From the IMG/VR virus record IMGVR_UViG_3300033513_000028, positions 1 through 39,241 of that record: 39,241 nucleotides of DNA. One strand, written 5' to 3'. The notes under the pieces were generated by a model. It did no database searches. It was not told the origin of the DNA and was given only the letters and a program-made list of their open reading frames with translations. This DNA comes from a virus. Its lineage: Duplodnaviria; Caudoviricetes. A program made the translations under genes and the position numbers. Positions 24,672-35,013 of the stretch are shown piece after piece. Numbering within the stretch: position 1 is the first letter of the stretch; every line of letters starts with the position of its first letter.

Positions 24672-25061
24672 ATGGCATTCACATATACGGAGACACTGGC
24701 GACAGACCGGGATAAAATTCGGTTCGCCATTGGCGACACCATAGTGAATGATGGGCCGCGCCCACGCGCCACAGCAAACAGCAATTTTTCGGACGCCGAA
24801 ATTGCTGGCGCGGTCACGATGGAAGGCGGCTGGACTACGGCGGCGGCATTCCTTTGCGAGGTGCTTGCGCGAGAATGGGCCGCCGAAGCGGGGCGGACTG
24901 AATTGGCCGATTACAAAGAGGATTTCAGCAATCGGGCGCAATTGTTCGCCGACCGGGCGCTCGAACTCCGAGCGCGTTACGGCGGGTGGCGACAGACAAC
25001 ACAATCAGCCCCCACCCGCGTGGATGGATTTAGCGATAGCATAGACTCTGAGGAGACCTAA
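24672..25061 (+). CDS. Head-tail connector protein
   Basis: MAFTY...TDRDKIRFAIGDT...FSDAEI...AAA..CEVLA pattern. Confidence 0.75.
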   Translation: MAFTYTETLATDRDKIRFAIGDTIVNDGPRPRATANSNFSDAEIAGAVTMEGGWTTAAAFLCEVLAREWAAEAGRTELADYKEDFSNRAQLFADRALELRARYGGWRQTTQSAPTRVDGFSDSIDSEET

Positions 25062-26254
25062 TGCGCATACTGTGGCACAGTAATGCCCCCTGGGCTATAA
25101 CCGGATATGGGAATCAAACCGCCCTTTTCGCGCCGCGCCTGCGAACGGCGGGGCACGATATTATTGTGAGTACCTACTACGGGCTGGACGGCTCGCGGCG
25201 TCAATCTGAGGGGATGTGGATATTGCCTTGCGGGCATGATATGTGGGGCAATGACGTGCTCCCGGCCCATGCCCAATACTACAAGGCCGACATCGTAATT
25301 ACCCTGATGGATGTGTGGGTGCTCCAGGCGAACGCGGTAGATCAGGTCGCGTGGTGCCCCTGGCTCCCGATTGACCACGACCCCGTATCGCCAGGGGTAG
25401 CGCGGATTTTAGAGCACGCCTACCAGCCGATTGCCTACAGCCGTTTCGGCGAGCAGAAATTGCGCGAGCGGGGATTCAATCCACTCTATGTGCCACACGG
25501 GGTGGATACTAACGAGTTGTATCCCATCTCGCAGGCTGAGGCGCGGGAAAAGCTAGGATGCAACCCGGATGCGTTCCTGGTGGGGATTGTCGCCGCCAAC
25601 AAGGGGTTCCCAAGCCGGAAGTGTTTCGACCAGCAAATCCGCGCCTTCGCCGAATTCCAGCGCCGACACGACGAGGCCGTATTGTACATTCACTCGGACT
25701 TTCCCGGCACACGCGGCGAGCCACTGGGGCGCATCATTGAGATGGCAGGTATCCCATCTAAGGCGATTGCGCAGCCGGATCAGTACGAATATGCCGCCGG
25801 GTTGTTGGATACCCGATACATGCGCCACATGTACAACTGTTTGGATGTGCTACTTAACTGCACGCGGGGGGAGGGGTTCGGGATACCCATCCTGGAGGCG
25901 CAAGCGTGCGGAACGCCCGTGATTGTGACCGATTTCTCCGCCATGCCCGAACTCGTTTTCGGCGGGTATACTGTCGAGGTGGGGGAAGACGACAGGTTCT
26001 TTTCACAAGAGAGTTATCAGTACGTTCCGAGGCCGAGCGCCATTGTGGCGCGGCTAGAGGAATTGTATGCCCTGAGCAAGACCCGGCGCGACGATTTGGG
26101 CGAGGCCGCCCGCCAGGGGGCGCTGGCCTACGATGCGGATCGCGTGGTTGAACAATACTGGCAGCCTGCACTGGCGCGGGTTGCGGCGCAGTTGGCCTAT
26201 GATAAGGCCGAAGCTAGCGTAGCGGAAACTGTTGGCGAGGAGATTGCCCCATGA
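25061..26254 (+). CDS. Glycosyltransferase family 4 (GT-B)
   Basis: MRILWHSNAPW..TGYG, VPHGVD, N...RK and GEGFGIPILEAQACGTPVIVTDFSAMPE. Confidence 0.9.
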   Translation: MRILWHSNAPWAITGYGNQTALFAPRLRTAGHDIIVSTYYGLDGSRRQSEGMWILPCGHDMWGNDVLPAHAQYYKADIVITLMDVWVLQANAVDQVAWCPWLPIDHDPVSPGVARILEHAYQPIAYSRFGEQKLRERGFNPLYVPHGVDTNELYPISQAEAREKLGCNPDAFLVGIVAANKGFPSRKCFDQQIRAFAEFQRRHDEAVLYIHSDFPGTRGEPLGRIIEMAGIPSKAIAQPDQYEYAAGLLDTRYMRHMYNCLDVLLNCTRGEGFGIPILEAQACGTPVIVTDFSAMPELVFGGYTVEVGEDDRFFSQESYQYVPRPSAIVARLEELYALSKTRRDDLGEAARQGALAYDADRVVEQYWQPALARVAAQLAYDKAEASVAETVGEEIAP

Positions 26255-26895
26255 CACCGCTCAACTTGTTGGTTGCCATTCCTATCCGAGCGACGTTGCC
26301 GCCGGGGCTGAAAGCGCAGGCGCTGGCCCTTGTGCATGCCCTGGAGGCCGACGAGAAGACGCGCCAACTGTTTAATGTGACCGTCGGAATCTATGAGAGT
26401 CTGGAAGCGCCGCCGGACGACGCGCCGCCATTTTCAGGGATTGCGATGGCCCGCAATGCGCTGTTACAGGAGTTTCTAACTCCAAAGCACGATGCGGTGC
26501 TGTGGATTGACGCGGATGTTGTGGACTATCCGCCCGATCTCCCTGTGCAGCTGTGGGAGACGAACCCCGGCGGGATCACAGCACCGATGATACTCATTGA
26601 GGGGCGCAGCCAGTTTTACGACACGTACTGTTTTGTGGAAAATGGGCAGCGAGCGGCGCACATGCCACCCTATTTTACGAGCGCCGACGATATGATTGAG
26701 ATGGATTGTGTGGGTACGTGCTATATCGCGCCCGCTTCCTTATTCAGGGGGTTCGAATACCGCGTCACGCCCTATCATGCCGACCACGGCTCTCTAATGG
26801 TGCAGGCACAGGCGCGTGGTGTGCGGATATGCTGTACTCGGCGCGTAGTGGTTTATCATGCCGACCTGTCCGGCGGGGAAGGATGGCATATATGA
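26251..26895 (+). CDS. GT-A fold glycosyltransferase (GT2/Anp1-like)
   Basis: ARNALL, VLWIDADV (DxD motif), EMDCVGTCY. Confidence 0.75.
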   Translation: MTPLNLLVAIPIRATLPPGLKAQALALVHALEADEKTRQLFNVTVGIYESLEAPPDDAPPFSGIAMARNALLQEFLTPKHDAVLWIDADVVDYPPDLPVQLWETNPGGITAPMILIEGRSQFYDTYCFVENGQRAAHMPPYFTSADDMIEMDCVGTCYIAPASLFRGFEYRVTPYHADHGSLMVQAQARGVRICCTRRVVVYHADLSGGEGWHI

Positions 26896-27836
26896 GGCCC
26901 GACGTATCGGCCATCATGGCGGCCTACAACGTCATCGCCAACTATCCGGAGGGGATGTTCTGGCGGTCGGCGCTTAGCGCGTTGAATCAGATGGGCGTCA
27001 CGGTGGAATTGTGTATTGCCAATGATGGCAGCACAGACGACACGGGCCAGTTGATTGAGAGTCTGGCCGAAACGGTGCGCTTCGTGCAGGTAGCGAGCCA
27101 CCCCAAGAATCGCGGCCCTGCGATTGCCTATAATACTGCCGCCGGGATGGCGACCGGACGCTACATGATCCAACTCTCGGTACGGTCGTGGTTTGAACCG
27201 GGGGCCTTTCAAAAGATGACTGAGGCGCTTGACGCTCGCCCCGACGTGGGATTCGCCTACGGCCAAACGCGCTATCATGGCGAGATTGAGCGATTGCATA
27301 TCCCGGAGGTTTTCGACCCGAACCTCTTTTACGATAGTTTCAATTCGCTGCACGGCATTCTCTACCGCCGTGAGGCGTGGGATCGTGGCTGCCGATACAT
27401 CCCATTCCTAGAGCGGGAAGGGCGTCACCTCGATTTCAGTGACTGGGATTTTGCCATGCAAATGATGCACGTGCTGAATTGGAGGGGGTTGGCGCTCCGA
27501 GATGATCTGATAATGAATTACTACTACGGCGGCGCGGCGCAATTAACACCCCTCACACACAAATACTGGACAGAATTGAAGGCCATGTTCGACCAACGAT
27601 GGGGATACCTGCACGGGGATAATGTAGAAAGGATGAGGGCAATTATGGATCGGTACATTTTGGCGAAGGGGAAAGAGGTGATCGAGGTTTTGATGGGGCG
27701 CGAGGATCGCCGTGACCGGCTCATCCAAGCGGGTTACGTCTGGATCAACCCACCCAGGCCCGAAGCGATGACGGCTCCAGAGTGGAACGCGGAGGCCGAG
27801 CCGACAGAGGGGCGGCGGCACAAGCGGGGTAGCTAA
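26892..27836 (+). CDS. Glycosyltransferase family 2
   Basis: VSAIMAAYN, IANDGSTDDT, N.GPA.AYN....ATGRY, SDWDF. Confidence 0.85.
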   Translation: MRPDVSAIMAAYNVIANYPEGMFWRSALSALNQMGVTVELCIANDGSTDDTGQLIESLAETVRFVQVASHPKNRGPAIAYNTAAGMATGRYMIQLSVRSWFEPGAFQKMTEALDARPDVGFAYGQTRYHGEIERLHIPEVFDPNLFYDSFNSLHGILYRREAWDRGCRYIPFLEREGRHLDFSDWDFAMQMMHVLNWRGLALRDDLIMNYYYGGAAQLTPLTHKYWTELKAMFDQRWGYLHGDNVERMRAIMDRYILAKGKEVIEVLMGREDRRDRLIQAGYVWINPPRPEAMTAPEWNAEAEPTEGRRHKRGS

Positions 27837-28204
27837 TGCCGACATTCAGCAATCGTCTGGCGCGGATGCGCTCACGGGCGAATGCCATTCTGACCGATAC
27901 GTGTCAGATTGAGCACGCCACGCATACGCCAAGCCCAGCTGGGGGGATTAACGCCACGTGGACTACACGGGGGACGGCGATTGCATGTTATCTGGTAGCA
28001 AAATCGGCGACGACTGACTTGACGGCAAGCGGGGGGCGGTTGGAATCATTCACAACCTACACACTTCATCTGAAACATGATGGCACAATTGAACCCGGCG
28101 ACCGCGTCACGCTGGATGGCCGCGTCTACCGCGCCGAATCGGTAATCGAACCCGACACACTCCGGGCTACCCTGGCGGCGAAACTTACGCTGGAGGATGT
28201 GTGA
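27836..28204 (+). CDS. Head closure / head-tail adaptor
   Basis: DTCQI...GG....W...IAC...I.PGDRV..DGRVY pattern. Confidence 0.75.
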   Translation: MPTFSNRLARMRSRANAILTDTCQIEHATHTPSPAGGINATWTTRGTAIACYLVAKSATTDLTASGGRLESFTTYTLHLKHDGTIEPGDRVTLDGRVYRAESVIEPDTLRATLAAKLTLEDV

Positions 28205-28617
28205 TGGCTGACCCAACGTTCGCACTAGAAACGGCATTATTCAGCACGCTTTCCGGCGGGACGGCGCTGACCGGGGCACTTGGTGGGACGGCCATCTATA
28301 ATCGCATTGCGCCGGAGACCCAATCACCTCCCTACGTCATTTTCCAATGGCAGGGCGGCGGGGATGAAAATATGACGCCAAACCGGACGCGGCGACTGCG
28401 CTACACCGTGCGAGCAGTAGCGGAAAATCTTGACCAGGCGGGGACGATTGCGGGGCATGTGGATACATTGCTCCACCAACAAACTTTGACTGTAACGGGG
28501 TGGGCCAATTTCTGGCTTGCCCGCGAGCAGGACGTGGCCTATGTGGAAATAGACGCGGCGGGCCAGCCCGTCTATCACACGGGCGGCGTGTACGAGATAC
28601 GGATTGACCAAACTTAG
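28201..28617 (+). CDS. Tail completion / terminator protein (DUF3168-like)
   Basis: ALF..L....L...LG...IY..IAP....PYVIF motif. Confidence 0.75.
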   Translation: MMADPTFALETALFSTLSGGTALTGALGGTAIYNRIAPETQSPPYVIFQWQGGGDENMTPNRTRRLRYTVRAVAENLDQAGTIAGHVDTLLHQQTLTVTGWANFWLAREQDVAYVEIDAAGQPVYHTGGVYEIRIDQT

Positions 28618-28629
28618 TGGAGGAAAGAT

Positions 28630-29037
28630 ATGGCTGAGTATGTGGGGAAAAATTTGTACGTGGCATTCAAGGGGACGGTTCTTCAGGCTGACTTTCGCAC
28701 CTTCAGTGACGATGAGAGCATGGACATGGTAGACACCAGCGCAGGAGTAGACGTTGCCAAGACCTATTTGACGACACTGGAGGATGGCACGGCTACGCTG
28801 GAATTGGTTGACCAGACGGGCGGGACGGCCACTACAGCGGCCTGGAATCTTTGCGACAAGGGCGCTGAGGGCACATTGGAATGGGGGCCGGAAGGCACTG
28901 CATCCACCAAGCCGCGCCACTATGTCAATGCCATCGTCAAGGGGCGCAAGGCGAACTATCCTTATGCCGACATTGTGACACTGACGGTTGATTTTCAGTT
29001 CAGTGGCGTCGTGACCGACACGGCCTACTCTGCATAG
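28630..29037 (+). CDS. Major tail tube protein
   Basis: 135 aa; DTSAG, GPEG...KP, Y.D.V...V.FQ.SG pattern; position. Confidence 0.75.
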   Translation: MAEYVGKNLYVAFKGTVLQADFRTFSDDESMDMVDTSAGVDVAKTYLTTLEDGTATLELVDQTGGTATTAAWNLCDKGAEGTLEWGPEGTASTKPRHYVNAIVKGRKANYPYADIVTLTVDFQFSGVVTDTAYSA

Positions 29038-29053
29038 GCGAGGAGAGAATAAA

Positions 29054-29332
29054 ATGAGCGGCGCTGATAATCCCCGCAAGATTACGCTGCACGATGGCCG
29101 CGTAATCGAAATTAACCCCTACGCGGTTACGTTCGAGGATGTTGATCGCTTTCTGAAACGAGATCGCAATAGTCCGGAAGGGGAAGCGGTGGCGTGGGCG
29201 TTCTTTGAAAAGCTCACGGGCGTTACTGAGGAAGAGGCTCGCGCCATGCCGTTCAAGGACTATATCGCGCTCAACGAGCGGATGGGCGAACTCCTGTTTG
29301 GGAAGGGCCTGGAAGATGCAGACCCTTCCTGA
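29054..29332 (+). CDS. Tail assembly chaperone (gpG-like)
   Basis: Follows the tail tube gene; ends GAC CCT TCC TGA. Confidence 0.7.
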   Translation: MSGADNPRKITLHDGRVIEINPYAVTFEDVDRFLKRDRNSPEGEAVAWAFFEKLTGVTEEEARAMPFKDYIALNERMGELLFGKGLEDADPS

Positions 29333-29538
29333 GTAAGGCGATCTTTCTCGCGGAGAAAGTCCGAGCGCCGTTGTCCTATCAGGATTATCGCCGGATGCTC
29401 CGCTGGCGGATCGCCGAGGAAATGGGCTGGTCACTGGAATACATTGACGCACTTTCGCTTGGCGATGTGTGGGAATATCTGAGCCTCCAGGACGCGCGGG
29501 CGAAACTCCGGGCGGACGCGGCAACCAAGACGAGGTGA
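29323..29538 (+). CDS. Tail assembly chaperone extension (gpT-like), -1 frame
   Basis: Hand translation PFLSKAIFLAEK...WRIAEEMGWSLEYIDALSLGDVWEYL...; overlaps the gpG stop in the -1 frame. Confidence 0.65.
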   Translation, partial: PFLSKAIFLAEKVRAPLSYQDYRRMLRWRIAEEMGWSLEYIDALSLGDVWEYLSLQDARAKLRADAATKTR

Positions 29539-29540
29539 TA

Positions 29541-29897
29541 ATGGGAACGCGCTTTCGACTTACGGTAGCAGTAGACATCGCGCCATTGCGGGCGCTGCGG
29601 GGGCAAATTGCCCACGCGGAAGCCATCGCGGCGGATATGGCACAGGTTCACGTTACCACGATTGCGCAACGTCTCGTTGCTGTGCGGACGGGTTTCTTGT
29701 GGTCAACCATTCGAGGGTGGTCGGTAGGGAGAATGTTTTTCATTGTGGCGGGCGCGTCTTATGCGATTTTCGTAGAGTTTGGCACATCGCGTATGAGTGC
29801 CCGCCCATTTATGACCCCCGGCCTTATGTCTCTACAGATGGGCGGGGGAGAAAATATCGCGGTTGCAGCATTGCAACAAATTGGATTTAGACCATAA
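29541..29897 (+). CDS. HK97 gp10-like tail component
   Basis: VRTGFL.STI...ASYAIFVEFGTSRMSARPFMTP signature. Confidence 0.85.
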   Translation: MGTRFRLTVAVDIAPLRALRGQIAHAEAIAADMAQVHVTTIAQRLVAVRTGFLWSTIRGWSVGRMFFIVAGASYAIFVEFGTSRMSARPFMTPGLMSLQMGGGENIAVAALQQIGFRP

Positions 29898-32449
29898 TGC
29901 CAGCCGATGGCGGTAGTGTTCAAGTTAATGGACAGTTTGACTTCTCCGGGATCGAGCAGGGACTTGCACGAGTAGAGGGGAAGCTCGACGCATTCGCGCG
30001 CGCCTCGACCCGGCAAACTGCCACTACAAGACAATCCGAAGGGGCACTCCGGACACTGACCGGGGCGCTCGGCGCATTCGGCATATCCCTAAGCGCCGTC
30101 GCCATTGCGCGGGCCGCCTGGGATATGGCCGAATTGGCAATGCGAGCCGACCGCGCCACGCTGGCCTTGAATGCCATGTCGGGAGGCAATGCCCCCGAAT
30201 ACATTGACGCCATCACAACCGCCCTGCGCGGTACAATGGCCGATATGGACGCGGCTCAAATCGGGGCGCGGGTGTTGGCCTTCGGGTTTGCGGATACCTC
30301 GGCAGAGGCGGCAGAGTTTGTGCGTGTTGCGGCAATCCTCGGCGGGGCCTTTCAGGGCCTTGACGCGACCGCCTCGGCGCAATCCTTCGCCATGCTCCTC
30401 ACGAACCTGCAACCCCGCAGGTTGGACACCTTCGGCCTGAGTATCGCCGCCGTCCGCGAGCGCCAACGCGAACTGATGGAAACGACGCGCGGCATGACGA
30501 CCGAGCAGGCATTCCAAACTGCCGTGATGGACATGGCAACGGTACGGGCGGATCAACTGTCTGGCATATTGGATGATCAGGCATCAAGTGTATCGCGCCT
30601 CCGAGCCGGCTGGATAAATTTCAAGACGACCATTGGCGACGTTATCGCCGACGCCCTCATTGGGACTTTGGACGATGCAACCAGCGCAATGGACGCCTTC
30701 GCAACAAACACGGCAACCTATCTGGCGACGCTCAGCCAAGAGGCCCGCAATAATCTTGCCGCTATCGCCTTTGGGTTGGGACAAACGGCACTGGGAACCT
30801 CATTGCTCACGATGGGGATAGAGCGGTCTACCGAGGCGGAAATTGATGGATCGGCGGCGGCGGATGCGCTTGCCGCCTCACAAGAGGCCGCCGCCGGGAT
30901 TGCCTCGGAGCTTGAAAGCGCCCTCAATATCGTCAGTGAGGCTGACCGCGCCCAACAATACGAGGTGTGGGGACTGATCGCCGCGCTGAATGCCGGAACC
31001 ATCACGACCGATCAGGCCGGGGCGGCGATGGAACGCATGGGGATTGACGCCGATAGCGTCGCCGACCACGTGGCTGCTTACGAAGACGCCGTGCGAGAAC
31101 TCGACCGCGCCAACCGCGAGATGTTCTCTAATCAGACCTCCTTTATCGGGATTGCCCGCGAGACGGCGGGAGCATTTGAGTACGTTGGCTCGACGGCGGT
31201 AGCCTATCCGAGCGAATTGTCGGCGGCCTATGCCACGCTCCAAGACGGCCTCGAAACAACGAATGCTGACCTGGACGAGGCACGGGCGCACCTTTTCGCG
31301 TTTGGCGATGGAACGGGGGAACTGCGGGAGCGTATTGGCGAACTGGAAGAGCAGCAGCTGTTTTTCCAGCAACGGTTGGCCGATACACGCACCGAGATGG
31401 ACGCAACCGGCCAGGCGTTCACCATCGCGGCGCTTAGTGCGGGCGACCTGGCCGCCGTCGGGGATTTCACGCTGCAATTTCTGCGAGCAACGGGGCAGGA
31501 ATCGCTCCTGGCGGGCGAAGGGGTTTTGGCTCTCCAAGAGCGGTATGGGATGGCGAGCGCGGCGGAAATCGAACGCCAGCGCACCCTATTGGCGCTCGAC
31601 CTTGCCCAAGAGAGTTACAACCTGACGCTTGATGAACAACTCGATCTGCTGGATCGTATTCTGGCGGGCGAGTTGGCAACTGCGGATGCGGTTAACGCCG
31701 ACATCGAGGCAACGCGCGAGCGCCAACGCCTGGCCGATCTCGCCGCCAACCGGCCCGCGTGGTTTGACAATCTCGCGCCAGATGACCAGGCCGCCGCGAT
31801 TGCCTTTTTGGATGGCACAACCGGAGCCATGCAAGACCAGGAGGCGGCGGCGGCGGGCATCTCCGAAACTTATCCTATCGCCATGAGCAACGCCGCGACG
31901 GCGGCGGATACGGCCCTGCCCTCCATTGCCGGGGTCGAGCGTAGTTTGTCCACTCAGATTGGGGTCATCCGCGACTATGGGCCTACGGCCACCCGCGCCT
32001 TTGACGCGGTTAATCGGGCCGCCGCCACGATGGTGGTTGAGGGGTCTGGCTGGTCGGCGTTTGCAACGTCGGTATGGCATGTTCGCAACGATCTGGACTT
32101 CATCATGGCGAATGCCAACCGGGTAGGGCGGGGCGCGACGGCAGCGGCCCCATCGCCGCCTGCGGGTGAATATGCTCAGGGACGGCAAGGCGGCGGCCCC
32201 GTCACTCAGGGGCGGACCTATGTCGTCGGTGAGGAAGGCCCGGAATATTTTGTTCCTGCCATGAGCGGCATGATTCTCCCGTCAGCACAAAGCGCCCCGG
32301 CGGGGATGGGCTATGGCGGGGGTACTATGCAAATAGCCATCGCCATCCCGGTATTGATTGACGGGAGGGAGGTGGGGCGGGCCACATACCGAGGCACGCT
32401 GGATCAACTCATGGCAGCTGGCTATGTTACAACGGCGGGAGAGACCTAA
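29897..32449 (+). CDS. Tape measure protein
   Basis: 850 aa, Ala-rich helical; RRLDTFGL; C-terminal GGPV..GRTYVVGEEGPEYFVP and IDGREV. Confidence 0.9.
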   Translation: MPADGGSVQVNGQFDFSGIEQGLARVEGKLDAFARASTRQTATTRQSEGALRTLTGALGAFGISLSAVAIARAAWDMAELAMRADRATLALNAMSGGNAPEYIDAITTALRGTMADMDAAQIGARVLAFGFADTSAEAAEFVRVAAILGGAFQGLDATASAQSFAMLLTNLQPRRLDTFGLSIAAVRERQRELMETTRGMTTEQAFQTAVMDMATVRADQLSGILDDQASSVSRLRAGWINFKTTIGDVIADALIGTLDDATSAMDAFATNTATYLATLSQEARNNLAAIAFGLGQTALGTSLLTMGIERSTEAEIDGSAAADALAASQEAAAGIASELESALNIVSEADRAQQYEVWGLIAALNAGTITTDQAGAAMERMGIDADSVADHVAAYEDAVRELDRANREMFSNQTSFIGIARETAGAFEYVGSTAVAYPSELSAAYATLQDGLETTNADLDEARAHLFAFGDGTGELRERIGELEEQQLFFQQRLADTRTEMDATGQAFTIAALSAGDLAAVGDFTLQFLRATGQESLLAGEGVLALQERYGMASAAEIERQRTLLALDLAQESYNLTLDEQLDLLDRILAGELATADAVNADIEATRERQRLADLAANRPAWFDNLAPDDQAAAIAFLDGTTGAMQDQEAAAAGISETYPIAMSNAATAADTALPSIAGVERSLSTQIGVIRDYGPTATRAFDAVNRAAATMVVEGSGWSAFATSVWHVRNDLDFIMANANRVGRGATAAAPSPPAGEYAQGRQGGGPVTQGRTYVVGEEGPEYFVPAMSGMILPSAQSAPAGMGYGGGTMQIAIAIPVLIDGREVGRATYRGTLDQLMAAGYVTTAGET

Positions 32450-34053
32450 TGGCGGTAGACCCAACCTGGAAAATCTCGGTTGATCTGACGGGAGATGGCG
32501 ATTTTGGCGACGCCAATGAGGACGTGACGGCGGACGTGCAAGAAGTGTCATGGGGGATCGGATTCACCCAAGCGTACCAACACATCCCCATGCCATATCG
32601 CTGCTCATTTACGTTGGACAACGGCGCGACAAACAGTGCAGCGACGCCGGGGCGGTATTCGCCAGAACATGCCAGCGCCCTGGTGGGGTTTAAGCCAGGA
32701 CGTGCCATCCAAATCCAAAGCACTTATTCAGCGACGACTCGCATTCATTCCACAAACTGGATCGCGCCAGATGGACTTCGCCCGGAGCCATTCCGATACA
32801 TGGGCGAGAAGCGAACCAAAGTCGAGTGCGAAGATTGGCTCGCGCGGGCGCAGAAATACCCTGTGGCGGGTGTGTCTCTTCAGGTTGGGAAACGTTACAA
32901 TGAAATAGTCTTGGAAATCTTGAATATATTACGGCTCTATCCACCCGCCACAACGGGCTATTGGGTTTTGGGGGAAAGCATCCTCGGCACTTCAACTCGC
33001 CTGAGTGGGGGGGTATCTGATTGGAGTTCATTTGAAACAGGAATAAGCGTTTTCCCATACGCGCTGGATAATGCCCCCCAGCAGAAAAAACAGGTTGCCA
33101 ATCTGTATGCAATACTGAAAGGACTGGCGGAGAGCGAACGAGGATGGATATTTACAGGGCGAGATGGCAAGGTAGTCGGATGGAATCGTCACCACCTTCT
33201 TAAAAAGACATCTGCTGATACGAGTTTCAGCAATACGTTTTCGCAAATGGCTTACGATTATGGGGCCGACATCGCCAACGTGATTGTTGGGCAATGCCAT
33301 CCTCGCACGCGCGAGGCGGCGCTTGGCTCGTATGATTTGGGGACGCTTGACAAATCCATTCCCATTTCGGTGAGCGGGACGGCAGTGGCTACAATAAAGT
33401 TCGCGGACGCGAGCGGAAACCCCGTGAGCAGTTCGGGGATTGTCGCGCCAGTACCTACAACCGATTATACCGCCAACACCAAATCGGATGGGAGCGGATA
33501 TGACATCACAGATAAAGTGACTTGCGCAATGGTGGCTGGGGCACAATCGGCCAAATTGACGTTTACAAATACGGGCACGCGGCCTGGCTATATCGTGGCG
33601 GGAACGCGGGTACGTGGAACGGATAGGATCACCGATTACGGACAATTAGAATTATCTGCTGAGGATATTGCTAGCATATCACTTTATGGGCGCCGACCCA
33701 TGTCAATTGATGCGCGAGAATTGGAAGACGCTGACCACTTGCAGAGCATGATCAATTGGGAAATGATGAACCGCAAGATCCCGCGCGGTTGTGGGAAGCG
33801 GATCGGCTTTTATCCGCGCAAGAGCGCCGCCCTGATGACACAAGCGCTAACCAGAACGGTGGGGGATCGCGTCACCATTATCGAGACCCAAACCGGCCTG
33901 TCGGCAGATTTTTATATCATGGGGGAATTTCACACACTCCGGAATGGATTCAGGGATTATCTTTGCGAGTGGGTTTTACAACCCATTGCCACACTCTCCC
34001 CCTGGATTTTGGGAACGAGCAGACTTGGGACAGAAACTTTGCTAGGAGCATAA
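32449..34053 (+). CDS. Tail tip / baseplate hub protein
   Basis: Follows the TMP; ESERG.IF..RDG.V motif and WILGTSRLG repeats. Confidence 0.65.
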   Translation: MAVDPTWKISVDLTGDGDFGDANEDVTADVQEVSWGIGFTQAYQHIPMPYRCSFTLDNGATNSAATPGRYSPEHASALVGFKPGRAIQIQSTYSATTRIHSTNWIAPDGLRPEPFRYMGEKRTKVECEDWLARAQKYPVAGVSLQVGKRYNEIVLEILNILRLYPPATTGYWVLGESILGTSTRLSGGVSDWSSFETGISVFPYALDNAPQQKKQVANLYAILKGLAESERGWIFTGRDGKVVGWNRHHLLKKTSADTSFSNTFSQMAYDYGADIANVIVGQCHPRTREAALGSYDLGTLDKSIPISVSGTAVATIKFADASGNPVSSSGIVAPVPTTDYTANTKSDGSGYDITDKVTCAMVAGAQSAKLTFTNTGTRPGYIVAGTRVRGTDRITDYGQLELSAEDIASISLYGRRPMSIDARELEDADHLQSMINWEMMNRKIPRGCGKRIGFYPRKSAALMTQALTRTVGDRVTIIETQTGLSADFYIMGEFHTLRNGFRDYLCEWVLQPIATLSPWILGTSRLGTETLLGA

Positions 34054-34055
34054 TT

Positions 34056-34649
34056 ATGACTTGGAATACATTAGCAAATTTGGCCGCCGGGGATGTTGTC
34101 ACCGAAGAGGACATGGATCACATTCGGGAGAACATTGATTATCTCTACGCCCTACCCACCCATGAAAGCGCAGGCTACGAAGTGCTCGCCAATAGCACGA
34201 CAGAAACGGCGATGGGGGCTTTTACAATCGCCGCTAACGACTTGGGTGCCTATGGAATGGTCAAGGGAGTGTGGGTATTGTTAACCCATTCCGACGCGGG
34301 CGGAGGACGCACCACCACATACGAGGCATATCTTGGGGCAACCTCTTTATTCAGTGGCACTCTTGCCCTTAACGCGAGCAGCTATGGACTCGCGATTATC
34401 ACCGCGTACATTGCGAATGGCACCGCAACAAACGCGCAAATCGCGGGGGGTGATTTTAATACATGCGTCAATATGGTAGCGGGCACACCAAAGACGCCCA
34501 CGTCCTTCCTGTGGTATAACACCGCTGCCATTGACACGACCGCCGCATGCCTCTTTGAGGCGCACGTCACCCAGGCATTTGCAAGCGCCGATTACTGGAC
34601 GAAGGTTGTTTTTGCGGGCATGTACGGCCCCTATCTGGCGAGCAGTTAG
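34056..34649 (+). CDS. Minor tail protein
   Basis: MTWNT....AGDVVT..DM..IRENIDYL N-terminus typical of tail fibre anchors. Confidence 0.6.
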   Translation: MTWNTLANLAAGDVVTEEDMDHIRENIDYLYALPTHESAGYEVLANSTTETAMGAFTIAANDLGAYGMVKGVWVLLTHSDAGGGRTTTYEAYLGATSLFSGTLALNASSYGLAIITAYIANGTATNAQIAGGDFNTCVNMVAGTPKTPTSFLWYNTAAIDTTAACLFEAHVTQAFASADYWTKVVFAGMYGPYLASS

Positions 34650-34658
34650 GAGGGGAGA

Positions 34659-35012
34659 ATGGCTGCAAACATTATCTATTGTGACATACTCTACCCAGTA
34701 GGGGGGATAAATCTTGAATTGCTCCGCGAGGAAATCGCGGCGGCGGCGGCGATTGTCCCAAAGCCCTGGTCGGTAAACAAAATGCTGGTGGGTGGCAAAC
34801 AATACGTTCGCCTGGCATTCATTGATACCGCCCCGACTTTGGGAAAGTGCCAGCAGGTCATAGACGCCCACAACCCGGCGGGGAAAACCGCTGCGCAATT
34901 GGCCGCCGAAAAAGTGGCACTTGCGAAAACCGCGCTCGCGGCGGTGGATACGGCGGGGACAATTTCGAATACAGCATTACAAGCACTGGTAACCACAGCA
35001 CGAGGGTACTGA
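34659..35012 (+). CDS. Hypothetical protein (possible fibre chaperone)
   Basis: RBS AGGAGG; VIDAHNP motif. Confidence 0.55.
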   Translation: MAANIIYCDILYPVGGINLELLREEIAAAAAIVPKPWSVNKMLVGGKQYVRLAFIDTAPTLGKCQQVIDAHNPAGKTAAQLAAEKVALAKTALAAVDTAGTISNTALQALVTTARGY

Positions 35013-35013
35013 G

